Of a stretch of 64,000 nt of DNA, positions 1-10,508 are shown piece by piece (position 1 is the stretch's first letter; every line of letters begins with the position of its first letter). Below the pieces are notes generated by a model that searched no databases, was not told where the DNA came from, and saw only the letters and a program-made list of their open reading frames with translations. Source of the stretch: Macrostomum lignano (taxonomy: Eukaryota); contig NIVC01000035.1 of assembly GCA_002269645.1 (NCBI GenBank), positions 859,362 to 923,361 on the forward strand. Direction: 5' to 3'. A program made the translations under genes and the position numbers.

Positions 1-430
1 TGGACACTCGCTTATGCCTTTCTCACCTTCCTCTCTCTCACTAATCCCTTCTCTTATCCACCTCGCTAATCCCCCAATCCCCTGTCTCTTATCCCCCATC
101 TCTAATCCCCTGTCTCTAATCCTCCTTCTCTAATCCCCTGTCTCTAATCCTCCTTTAATCCAATGTCTCTAATCCTCCTTCTTTAATCCCCTGTCTCTAA
201 TATTCCATCTCAAATTCCTCGTCTCCACTCCGCTGTCTCTAATTTCACTTTTTTTCATTCCCCGTCTCCAAGCTTCCCTCTTTCCCTTCTATCTGCCTAA
301 TTTTTCTCTTTAATCCCTTCTCTAGTCTCCCACTTTCTGTTTCTCTCTATGTCTAACTTGCCCCCTCCTATTTTCTCTCTCACTAATTATTGCTCTCTCA
401 TTCTTTTCTCGTCAATCTAGTCTTTCCTCT
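1..430. repeat. CT-rich low-complexity region with degenerate TCTAATCCCCTGTC repeats
   Basis: Pyrimidine-rich strand with recurring ctctaatcc(c)ctgtct motifs. Confidence 0.7.
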
Positions 431-440
431 CCGTCTCCGA

Positions 441-680
441 AAATGATTCGGAGTTTTCTTAGAAATGAGTCATCGTTTTCTTAAGAGTAAGTCGGATTTT
501 TTAGAAATAAGCGTAGTTTTCTTAGAAATAAGCCAGGGTTTTCTTAGAAATGATTCGGAGTTTTCTTAGAAATGAGTCATCGTTTTCTTAAGAGTAAGTC
601 GGATTTTTTAGAAATAAGCATAGTTTTCTTAGAAATAAGCCAGGGTTTTCTTAGAAATGATTCGGAGTTTCCTTAGAAAT
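441..680. repeat. 107-bp tandem repeat (~2.2 copies) built from TTTTCTTAGAAAT subunits
   Basis: aaatgattcgg recurs at 441, 548 and 655. Confidence 0.8.
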
Positions 681-841
681 GAGTTGGAGTTGGAGGTCGG
701 TAAGGAATGTATATTTGTTGTATCGCTAGCGTATTCTCGACCGAATTAGTCTATGGCATAAACCCAAATTCAGGGCTGCGCGTTCGTAGGATTGCATCTC
801 ATGCATTCTATCCATGAAAAAAACACTCGTAAGTTATCCGA

Positions 842-1200
842 GGGCCGTAGCCCAGTGGTCCTGCGCCGCGCTCTCACGTGCCAGCGGCCCAGGCTCGATT
901 CCAAGTGCAGTCACATTAATTTGAGGCTAAATTGGAATCTCGGCTTGGCTCTGCTCGTGCAATTAACAGTCTTGAGGACCAACCCCCAAGGCACAGTGAA
1001 GTGTACATGCCTAACAATAAATAAAGTTAGGGCCGCTGTACACTCCTGTGTGAGTATGTGCCTGCGTACGTATCCGCGCGCTTGTGTACCTGCTCAGGGG
1101 AGTCGGCGGAATGGGCAGCAATGCCTCTCGCCGGTTGTGTGAAATTGTCCACTACGCTAAATTAATTTCTAGCCCTGGAGTAATCACCTTCGTTTAAGGT
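842..1200 (+). mobile_element. Possible tRNA-derived SINE
   Basis: A-box-like tagcccagtgg (848-858) and B-box-like ggctcgattcc (892-902). An internal ~80-bp segment (1063-1141) recurs at ~30902-30981. The 3' end is uncertain. Confidence 0.35.
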
Positions 1201-1419
1201 CGAATCTTTTACAGGCTTCGGCTGTTTACTAATACGCTCGTAGGTAATAAAAAATCTGCTTGCTTAAAATAGCGCCGAGCTGTTGTTATTTTTCTTCGGG
1301 AAGAAATTTCGTAGACTATTGAGCTTCAAGGGGATAATTGTGGAGCGTAGGGCTTCTTTAGTCACATGCCCTGAGAGAAGGGGAGAGTGAGGAAGCTCAT
1401 AGTTTTCATTCCCCCTTCT

Positions 1420-2100
1420 CCCTCACTCTCTCTCCCCTTCTCCCTCTCTCATATTCTCCCTCACTCTCTCTCCCTCTCTTCCTCTCTCATATTCTCCCTC
1501 ACTCTCTCCCTCTCTCCCTCTCTAATACCCTCCCTCACTCTCTCTCCCTCTCTCCCTCTCTAATACCCTCCCTCACTCTCTCTCCCTCTCTCCCTCTCTA
1601 ATACCCTCCCTCACTCTCTCTCCCTCTCTCCCTCTCTAATACCCTCCCTCACTCTCTCTCCCTCTTTCCCTCTCTAATACCCTCCCTCACTCTCTCTCCC
1701 TCTCTCCCTCTCTAATACCCTCCCTCACTCTCTCTCCCTCTCTCCCTCTCTAATACCCTCCCTCACTCTCTCTCCCTCTCTCCCTCTCTAATACCCTCCC
1801 TCACTCTCTCTCCCTCTCTCCCTCTCTAATACCCTCCCTCACTCTCTCTCCCTCTCTCCCTCTCTAATACCCTCCCTCACTCTCTCTCCCTCTCTCCCTC
1901 TCTAATACCCTCCCTCACTCTCTCTCCCTCTCTCCCTCTCTAATACCCTCCCTCACTCTCTCTCCCTCTTTCCCTCTCTAATACCCTCCCTCACTCTCTC
2001 TCCCTCTCTCCCTCTCTCCCTCTCTCATACTCTCCCTCACTCTCTCTCCCCTTCTCCCTCTCTCATACTCTCCATCACTCTCTCCCCCTATTCCCTCCAT
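1420..2100. repeat. 38-bp CT-rich minisatellite
   Basis: Unit ccctctctaataccctccctcactctctctccctctct; taatacc recurs every 38 bp (e.g. 1561, 1599). Confidence 0.9.
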
Positions 2101-2596
2101 CTTCAGCAGAGACCGCATCCAATATTCGCCCTTCAAAAGTCCCCAGCAAAATCAGCTAATTCGATTCAACACGACAGTTCAATCCGGTGCGTGAATTTCC
2201 TCACTTCGCGTGCTAAATCAGAATTAGCCTCAACTAGCAGCATCATAATCTATCCAATAATATTGTCATGGGAATTTTTTCTAAACCCTAAATCTTCCTA
2301 AAGCTCAGTATCAAATACTTGGTATAAGATTAGCTTTATCTAACCCCTAATGGTGTACACTGTAAATCTAAATCAATATTGATACAGCAGCCAGCAGACG
2401 GTCAAGACTCAGCCTCATTATTTTTATTACTTTGGCTCAGGAAGAATAGTCAGGCAAGTCACTCTCGCATCTCTATCGGGCGATGGTTCATAATAGCCGG
2501 GTTGCGGGTCCATTGTCAACGGGCCAAGTAAAAAGCGGCTGTTCGCTTCCACGCGTCTATTCATTAGGGGCTACCTGCGCACAATCACGGCCTCTG

Positions 2597-3030
2597 TGTG
2601 GAATCTCACAGCTTCCTGTATTAAATCTCACTGTTTCCTGCATGAAATCTCACTGCTTCCACCGTGGAATCTCACAGCTTCCTGTATTAAATCTCACTGT
2701 TTCCTGCATGAAATCTCACTGCTTCCACCGTGGAATCTCACAGCTTCCTGTATTAAATCTCACTGATTCCTGCATGAAATCTCACTGCTTCTACCGTGGA
2801 ATCTCACAGCTTCCTGTATTAAATCTCACTGATTCATGCATGAAATCTCACTGCTTCCACCGTGGAATCTCACAGCTTCCTGTATTAAATCTCACTGATT
2901 CATGCATGAAATCTCACTGCTTGCACCGTTGAATCTCACTGCTGCTTCCACCGTGGAATCTCACTGCTTCCTGTGTGAAATCTCACTGATTCCTGCATGA
3001 AATCTAACTGTTTCCACCGTGGAATCACAC
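2597..3030. repeat. 66-bp tandem repeat (~5 copies plus a degenerate tail) with AATCTCAC subunits
   Basis: The ORF track repeats GISQLPVLNLT(V/D)SCMKSHCFHR with a 22-aa period. Confidence 0.9.
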
Positions 3031-3045
3031 TGTTTCTAATCTCGC

Positions 3046-3335
3046 TACTGAATCCCCTGACACCCTACTGAATCCGCTGACACCCTACTGAATCCGCTGA
3101 CACCCTACGGAATCCCCTGACACCCTATTGAATCCCCTGACACCCCACTGAATCCCCTGACATCCCACTGAATTTCCTGGCACCCTACTGAATCCCCTGA
3201 CACCCCACTGAATCCCCTGACATCCCACTGAATCCCCTGACACCCCACTGAATCCCCTGACACCCCATTAAATCCCCTGACACCCTACTGAATCCCCTGA
3301 CACCCTACTGAATCCCCGACACCCCACTGCAATTC
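3046..3335. repeat. 20-bp minisatellite (ctactgaatcccctgacacc)
   Basis: About 14 near-identical direct units. Confidence 0.9.
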
Positions 3336-4619
3336 CTGATACCATAATGCATCATTTATACGATGCATTCTAGAAGACACCTCTTTAGTATATTAGCGGG
3401 CGGGCAGTAAGTTCACATGTGGTGGGTGCATTTACTTAACTGTCATTATGGTGCATGCAAGCTGAAATGTCAAGGCAGCGCAATCTACGCTCGTACTGCA
3501 AACTTCTGAATAATTCATACATTAACTTCTGTTTTCCAATTTACAGTTGCGACAGGCCAGACCTTTTTTGCTGAATATATCAGCTAATTTGTTTCGTGTG
3601 TTAGTTAATCCAGGTCTCAGGAAATCAAGTCTGGATAAACCCAGGCCATGCTTATAGGCTAACGAGACCAATTTTTCCTCCGTGGAGAACTTTCTAGTGC
3701 GCTTGTGTTTGCATGAACGAAATTCGATTGCAGCACGAATACTTGGGGACACAGCCTAGCAACCAGCCCCAGGGGATTGGAGAGGCCGTAGAGAGCCTGA
3801 GATGAGGTCAAATATACTCACTGTACTGACAGGGACGCTAAAAATGCCACCCTTTTTACTACTTAGTAAGTAGGCAAAGTTGCTTTTTTGGCATTTCAGA
3901 TTTAAAAAACTTGAATGCTACGCACCTCGGCGATACAGCTCGTTTCTGCCCTCTGCAGCCCATCAATATTGGTGTAATTGGGAGACCAGAAGGTTAGCTA
4001 GACACCTCTCATTTTAGGCATTTGTTGAATTAAAAAAAACTAGAAAATATTAGCATCTCAGCAACATCCATGAGCCATAGCAGTTCAGTAATCTCCCAAT
4101 GAGTTTGCTCGCAAAGGCGTATTCAGCATGCCAGAGTGAAGTATGAGACAGACCAGGCCCAAGGGCTAAGTTCTGCGATGCCTGCCCCCATCTTCAGCAG
4201 GTAAAGGCCGGTGGGAGGTCTGCACCCTCTGTTTGCCTCTGGCAGCCGCAGACCCCCCCCCACGCTGTCTCGCAAGCCGACCCAGGGGTACCCGTCCCCG
4301 CGTGTGTTCAAGGCAGATCCTAGGGCTGCCGGACAGACTGGGCTCCGGCGCTGGTGACCCATCCAGTGGCTACGGCCGAACTTGGGTATGCGGGTCTGGC
4401 TCGCCAGTCCGCAGGCCGTGGTACTGCTCAACGTACCCTCTGATGCCTAAGATGTTCGACCGTGCCGATGGGCTGGAAGGCCGGGGAGTAGTCCGGTTGC
4501 AAGCGGTCCCCCTCCTGGTGTCGGGCCAGCTTTGAGGGTTCTTTTGGCCTACTGCCCGGTCAGGTGGAGCGGCCGGGTGGGTATCGCGCCCCTTCGAGGG
4601 TAGCCCACCAACCTTTATA

Positions 4620-5520
4620 ATGGCCTTCGAGCCGACTATGGATAAACAAACTTTACCTAAGGACGGGGATCCTTCTAAACCCCAACCTCAGTCCGAAGGA
4701 CCGGCCGGCCCTGCTGGCAGATCCCAACCGACTGATTCAACTGTGGCAAAGGGAGGATCGGCTGGCTCTGCCGGCAGATCCAACCAGAGCTGCCAAAACC
4801 AAAGTACCCAAAGACCTGCCAGCTCTGCTGGTGGATCAAAGGGAACCGCGAGCTCTGAGCCCAAAGGACCGGCCAAATCTGGCAGATCCGACGCAGCTCA
4901 GCGGGCTCGGCTTGAGCGCAAACGCGCTAAGCAACGCGCCAAGCGGCAGCTATGCGGTTTTTGTCCCTGCAGAGAGCACCGCAGCTGGACCAGACGTTAT
5001 CCGCCGGGTCCTACTGCGCCTGAATCCCGACCTCCCTGCTAGTGGACTGGCGTATCACCGCAATGTCCGCAGGGGGGAGACGGGTAAATCAATTGTCCTC
5101 GGCCTTTCCAACGCTTGGGCGAGTCGGTACCCTAATGGATCCTCTTTCCAGCTGGGTGCCCTCAAGCTCAAGTTGCGCCGAGGAAAGTCTGCCAAAGGGA
5201 AGGCTACTGCCAACCCCGGCATCTCCGGCAAGAGAGAGGCGCAGTCTGAGGCCCAAGGAAAGGCGCAAGCCAATCCTAAAGCCGATGCTGCACCTCGCCC
5301 CTCTGCTAGAAGTAATTCGGCGTCTGTGGCGACGGCTCCGGCCAAGCCCCGGGAACCAAACCTGCCAGCCGAAGAAGGAGTTGAGGATGAAACCGGGTCT
5401 TCGGAATCCGAGCTCTCCTCGGCCACTCTGATGGGGTCTGAGGGCAAAGATGCAGATGAGGAAACCTCCTCCATCCTGTCATCGGAGCCCGAGGACTCTG
5501 CCGGGGGGGGGGGGGGGTAG
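4620..5520 (+). pseudogene. ORF1 (gag-like) of the Loa-like element, frameshifted near 4945
   Basis: Overlapping ORFs 4620-5042 and 4831-5520. A low-complexity basic/acidic protein with VLLRLNPDL, lying directly upstream of the APE start. Confidence 0.5.
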
Positions 5521-5610
5521 GGGGCTGGTGGGGGCCTTGGACGAGGGCGAACTGTTGTCCAAGTCTCCTTGATGGCCCGGGGTTCGAGCCAGTCTTGCAT
5601 TTAGTACAGT

Positions 5611-7070
5611 ATGGCTAAGCTCCACGCTGCAAAAGGAGCGACATTCTGTCTGCAAATTAATTTACAGCATTGCGTATCTGCGTCAGTAAATCTGATGAAT
5701 ATTGCTGAGCTGTACAGGCCAGGCCTCATCCTGATCCAGGAACCCTGGTGCCCAACATTCCTTCTGGCTACTCTGATTTTTATGTGTGTGGCCCGGGCAA
5801 CAGCCGTCCATCTCCAGGCTTGGCTGAGGACTGATCTCTCAGACAGTCCTTGATGCTCAACTGACACGCCTTGATCTACACTTCCGTAATTAGACCTGCC
5901 ATTACATACGCCTCTGTTGTCTGGGTCAGCGCCACCCAGATCAAAACCCATGCAGAGATGCTCAACACGATCCAGGGTAGAGCGTGTAGGCTTATCTGCA
6001 ATGCCACTAGGTCCACGTCCTTTGCCGGCGTAAAATTCCTCTACATGAGAGCACCTGCTCCTTGTTCCACATAGCGACCGGTGCCTCAACATTCTCAGTG
6101 AGTGCGAGGCCAATCACATCTTCACCGATGGCATTTCTTCAACGCTCAACCTGAGACAACGCTACTCTGTAGCTATCGACCCGCGCGATACCATCAATGA
6201 CCACTGGAACCCTGGTGAGCTTCATTGCTACACCGACGGTTCTAAGCAGTCAGCCAACACCGGCTTTGGTGTTGGGATCTTCCTGAACGGTAGGGTCATC
6301 GCTACCCACGCTCAATACACTGGGGTCAACTCCAGTGTTTTCCAAAATGAAGTTATCGCCATCAGCTCCTGCACCGCAGAGCTCCTCACCACTGGCGTAA
6401 CCGGTAAGAGCATCATTTTCCATTCGGACAGCCAAGCTGCCTTGCACGCCATCTGTGGCTGCAGCGTCAACTCTGCTACAGTCCTTGACTGTATCAAACT
6501 TCTTAATATGTTAGGTTCCACCAACAAAACTACCCTAGTGGGTTCCGGGGCATGTAGGGATCCGATGGAATGAGTTAGCCGACGCCCTTGCAAAAGTTGG
6601 CGCCTCCGGCTCCTCTCTCGGGCCTGAACCTCTTGTCCCGATTCCCGGCTGTGTCATCGACTCGCGCATCAAAACGTGGATCAGGACCCAGCACCACTCA
6701 GCCTGGGCGAACTGCACTACTTGCAGGCAATTCAGAGGCGCTGTCCCTCAGCCCTCTCGCCAGCTCCTGAAGCTCCTCTTGCGCCTCTCGCGAAGAGACA
6801 TCAGGGCTGCCACCATGACCCTCTCTGGTCACGGCTGCTTCTCCAGGCACCAGTACCTGCAGGGCAACGCCACCAACGCCATCTGCAGTTTCTGTAACTC
6901 AGGTGACGAAACCGCTGAGCATTTCGTCAGCATCTGTCCCGCCTTCATGCGAGCCAGACTCACTTACCTCGGGCCACACACATATATTACTGAAGCGTGC
7001 AAACCCGAAAATTTTAATCAGCTCATGCGCTACCTCCAGGCCACCCGCAGGGCTGAACTCTCCCATTCAG
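5611..7070 (+). pseudogene. ORF2 remnant: APE start joined to thumb/RNase H/Zn-knuckle, with the RT core missing
   Basis: APE motif QEPW (~5735) is followed within ~130 bp by the post-RT motif. No YADD-type motif is present, and there are several frameshifts. Confidence 0.8.
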
Positions 7071-7535
7071 AGAGCATCATGGCTGCTGGCGACACTGGGA
7101 GACCTCCCTGGGCGGGCCAACCCTTCGCTCATAGCGATGCGTCGGCCGTTCAGGGATTAGCGGAATGGGCGTTCGCGCCTTCCCGCTGTGTCCCTTCTGG
7201 AACAGCCCTGCAGCTAAGTCAAGTAAGTCAAGGCCCAATGTGTCTTGCCATCTCAGCAATTCCTCCTATGCGTCTTGACATCTCGTTCAGATAAAACAGA
7301 ACTCGCATTAAATTTATCTAATTTAAACCTGGGTCCGTGAGTTAAAGTGTAATAACGAAACCTGTGAAACAGCTGCGGTTAACACTGTATTAAATTTGAA
7401 GGTGTTATCAAAAGAGTAAAGACTGACTGAGGCTTTAAAATCCGATAAAAATGACGAGCATTAGTTTTCAAACTGATTAACTCAGAGGCTGGTGTTGCCT
7501 TCTGATCTGACGGATCAGATTAATTTATCAGTGCG

Positions 7536-8276
7536 TCAGTTAAACGGCGACAGGCACTCGCACAGACCGGTTCTGACTGCGCCGCGACTGTCAGCGTCTC
7601 CAAGAAAGGTTCGGGCGGCCACCGCGTTCTCGGTACCTCTGTACCGGTTGTCGGGTTCTCCGCTGCCCCACAGGCTGTCGTCGAAGCTGATGTTGCAGGC
7701 CACCCAGCGCCAGCCTCCGCCGGGCTCCGCACTGCCCGGAGTCTGGAAGCCGCCGACCCACATGGAGACGCCGCCACCCTTCGTGTTGAAAACTTGTCCG
7801 ATGGCAGCCAGCTCGGCGCTGTCGATCACGTCCGCCATGATCACCAGACCGCTCTCCGACTCGCACCTCTGTCTCTGCACTGTCCAGGTGTTAATCGCAT
7901 TGAAGAGCTTGTACTTCACTCCGCAGTGGTCGTCTCCGAAGTCGGACGGACAAAGCGCACCCGGCTCGAGTCCCGGCTGCTGCTTCAAAAACACCCGGCC
8001 TCTCCTGGAGCAGCCGCAGTCCCTCACCGACTTGCTGCACTTGTCGAACACGAACAGCTGGCACGGACCGTCAGCCAGGCTGAACGCCTGACAGCGCGGC
8101 TCCATGCTGCAGAGCAGCGAGCACTCGACGCTCAACTTGGCCAGGGGCTCGTTTCTGACGAACTCGGGCCGGATGCAGAGCGAGCCGTTGATGGCGTGGA
8201 ACACCTGGCAAGGGGACACAGCGGGTGAGCTCAGAAGCAGTAGCAGCAGCAGCGACACAACTTTCATTGATGTCAT
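7536..8276 (-). CDS. Secreted PAN/apple + C-type lectin protein (paralogue A, 246 aa, intronless)
   Basis: MTSMKVVSLLLLLLLSS signal peptide; ECSLLCSMEPRCQAFSL..C PAN-like Cys pattern; CTLD motifs WVGG, WRW, W..GEPDN, LCE. Confidence 0.88.
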   Translation of the reverse strand: MTSMKVVSLLLLLLLSSPAVSPCQVFHAINGSLCIRPEFVRNEPLAKLSVECSLLCSMEPRCQAFSLADGPCQLFVFDKCSKSVRDCGCSRRGRVFLKQQPGLEPGALCPSDFGDDHCGVKYKLFNAINTWTVQRQRCESESGLVIMADVIDSAELAAIGQVFNTKGGGVSMWVGGFQTPGSAEPGGGWRWVACNISFDDSLWGSGEPDNRYRGTENAVAARTFLGDADSRGAVRTGLCECLSPFN

Positions 8277-8695
8277 GTTCGACGCTTTGAACCTTTTATG
8301 GGCTGTTTGGGCTGAGTTGAAAATAAACTGCAAAATATTTGCAGAAAGAGATGCACTTTATTGCCGCCCTGATGTTTGAAGCCTCAGTGAGCATCTCTGC
8401 TCTGGCCAATCCAAGGGATCTGTTATAATATTTGGACTTGGGAATTTCGCTGTGGAGCAATGCTACAAAAAACAATTGCTTACCGTTATATATATGCTTT
8501 TTATAACTTTCAGAGGCTCTCAATAAGCAAGCAAGGAAGGAGCTTAAAAGCAAGAAAGCAATCGACAGCGCAGGTCTGCAGAGGCTCGCAGCTGGTTTCA
8601 GGCATGAAAGCGCTTGAAGCAGAAAATCCTGCTTCTGATTGTTTCGTGCTCTTCTTGCCGCTCCGTTGCACCAGTCATTCCTATCCACGCTATGT

Positions 8696-9612
8696 GGGGG
8701 GTCTTACTGAAATTGCTGAGATGTCGAGGCTTACTTGGGGAATTGCTGAGATGTCAAGGCTTACTGGGGGAATTGCTGAGATGTCAAGGCTTACTGGGGG
8801 AATTGCTGAGATGTCAAGGCTTACTGGGGGAATTGCTGAGATGTCAAGGCTTACTGGGGGAATTGCTGAGATGTCGAGGCTTACTTGGGGAATTGCTGAG
8901 ATGTCAAGGCTTACTGGGGGAATTGCTGAGATGTCAAGGCTTACTGGGGGAATTGCTGAGATGTCAAGGCTTACTGGGGGAATTGCTGAGATGTCGAGGC
9001 TTACTTGGGGAATTGCTGAGATGTCAAGGCTTACTGGGGGAATTGCTGAGATGTCGAGGCTTACTTGGGGAATTGCTGAGATGTCAAGGCTTACTGGGGG
9101 AACTGCTGAGATGTCAAGGCTTACTGGGGGAATTGCTGAGATGTCAAGGCTTACTGGGGGAATTGCTGAGATGTCGAGGCTTACTTGGGGAATTGCTGAG
9201 ATGTCAAGGCTTACTGGGGGAATTGCTGAGATGTCAAGGCTTACTTGGGGAATTGCTGAGATGTCAAGGCTTACTGGGGGAATTGCTGAGATGTCAAGGC
9301 TTACTGGGGGAATTGCTGAGATGTCAAGGCTTACTGGGGGAATTGCTGAGATGTCAAGGCTTACTGGGGGAATTGCTGAGATGTCAAGGCTTACTGGGGG
9401 AATTGCTGAGATGTCAAGGCTTACTGGGGGAACTGCTGAGATGTCGAGGCTTACTTGGGGAATTGCTGAGATGTCAAGGTTTACTGGGGGAATTGCTGAG
9501 ATGTCAAGGCTTACTGGGGGAATTGCTGAGATGTCAAGGCTTACTGGGGGAATTGCTGAGATGTCAAGGCTTACTGGGGGAATTGCTGAGATGTCAAGGC
9601 TTACTGGGGGAA
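8696..9612. repeat. 30-bp minisatellite, ~30 copies (gaattgctgagatgtcaaggcttactgggg)
   Basis: Direct inspection; translates as GIAEMSRLT(G/W) repeats. Confidence 0.95.
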
Positions 9613-10508
9613 TAGTTAAAATATCAAGGCTGAGAGGTCAGAAGCTAAATGTCGTTTATTCAAAAATTTTCATTCCATTCTTTGAAAATTTTACTTGAAT
9701 TAGGTGATTTTGTTATGTCTGAGACTGTCATTGGTTTTGGAGTAGCAAGCTCGTAGCCGCTAAATGACATATTTTTGCTCAATCCTGAGCCGAGATTCAG
9801 GGCTCTATTTTTATAAACCTTGCTTTTTAACGTATGAGCATAGTAGTTCAACTTGAAAAAATAAAGAGCAGCCTGTGCTAAAATTCATATCTATGGCTAA
9901 GCCATACATAGCATCTCCTCCCTTTAGTTAGTTCCGTTCAGGTCAAGTCCCAGTCAGCCTTCCCCAATCAGATCACGAACTACTTAATTTTTGTTAACTT
10001 AAGTCTACTTAAGTAGTCCGTGAATCAGGTCCTGTAGAAAACTCTTGGTTTTTGTCTCAGTCTCTGACTGCGCCTTGGTTCGGGGCTGCGCTCCGGTGTT
10101 AGGGTTTCTGTTCTCCGGAGTTAAAGATCTCTGGCCGGGAGATCCAACACAAAATTACGCGAATGTGATAGGTAACTATTCACAATAAAAAGATTAGAAT
10201 TTATGACTAGATAAATATGGGAGAGATCGGTAACCAGAGATCCTGAATCAAACCTTAGTTTTTGCAGTCGTGATGGAGATCGGCAAACGGTGCAGAATCT
10301 CCGAGGGACAACATAATCTGGTTTAGGATCTCCGGATGGGGAGACCTGACCATGCCCTGAGATTCCACAACGGTTATCGATCTTCTACATGTAACGGTTT
10401 GTATTTTCCGATGGAGATCTTAAACCCTTTAAGGTCTCCGGTCGGAGATCCCAGCCCATTTGCAGCCTCTGAATCGGCGACCCAAAACTGGCCGGAGCCC
10501 TGGAGATT

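Larger units (their letters stand above)
4163..7230 (+). mobile_element. Internally deleted non-LTR retrotransposon (I-group, Loa/R1-like, with RNase H)
   Basis: Contains an ORF1-like region, an APE N-terminus (LQINLQHC...LILIQEPW), a post-RT thumb (IRPAITYASVVW), RNase H (YTDGS...FQNEVIAI...SDSQAAL) and a C-terminal CxxC...HxxxxC. Ends in an AAGT/TAAG tail. Candidate 8-bp TSD aggcccaa at 4155-4162 and 7231-7238; the 5' boundary rests on this TSD. Confidence 0.8.

Noticed and set aside
3522-3752. Small ORF with RTRKFSTEEK resembling a P-transposase segment
   Set aside because: The similarity is too short to support a call.
4163-4620. HDV-like ribozyme at the 5' end of the Loa-like element
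   Set aside because: Hairpins are present, but I could not assemble the P1/P2/P3/P1.1 nested pseudoknot.
7492-8228. Long antisense and alternate-frame ORFs overlapping each lectin gene
   Set aside because: They are shadows of GC-rich coding sequence, repeated because the genes are paralogous, and show no recognisable domains.
8696-9612. CRISPR-like array (30-bp repeats; also the 57-bp and 23-bp arrays)
   Set aside because: Units are head-to-tail with no unique spacers, there are no cas genes, and the context is eukaryotic.
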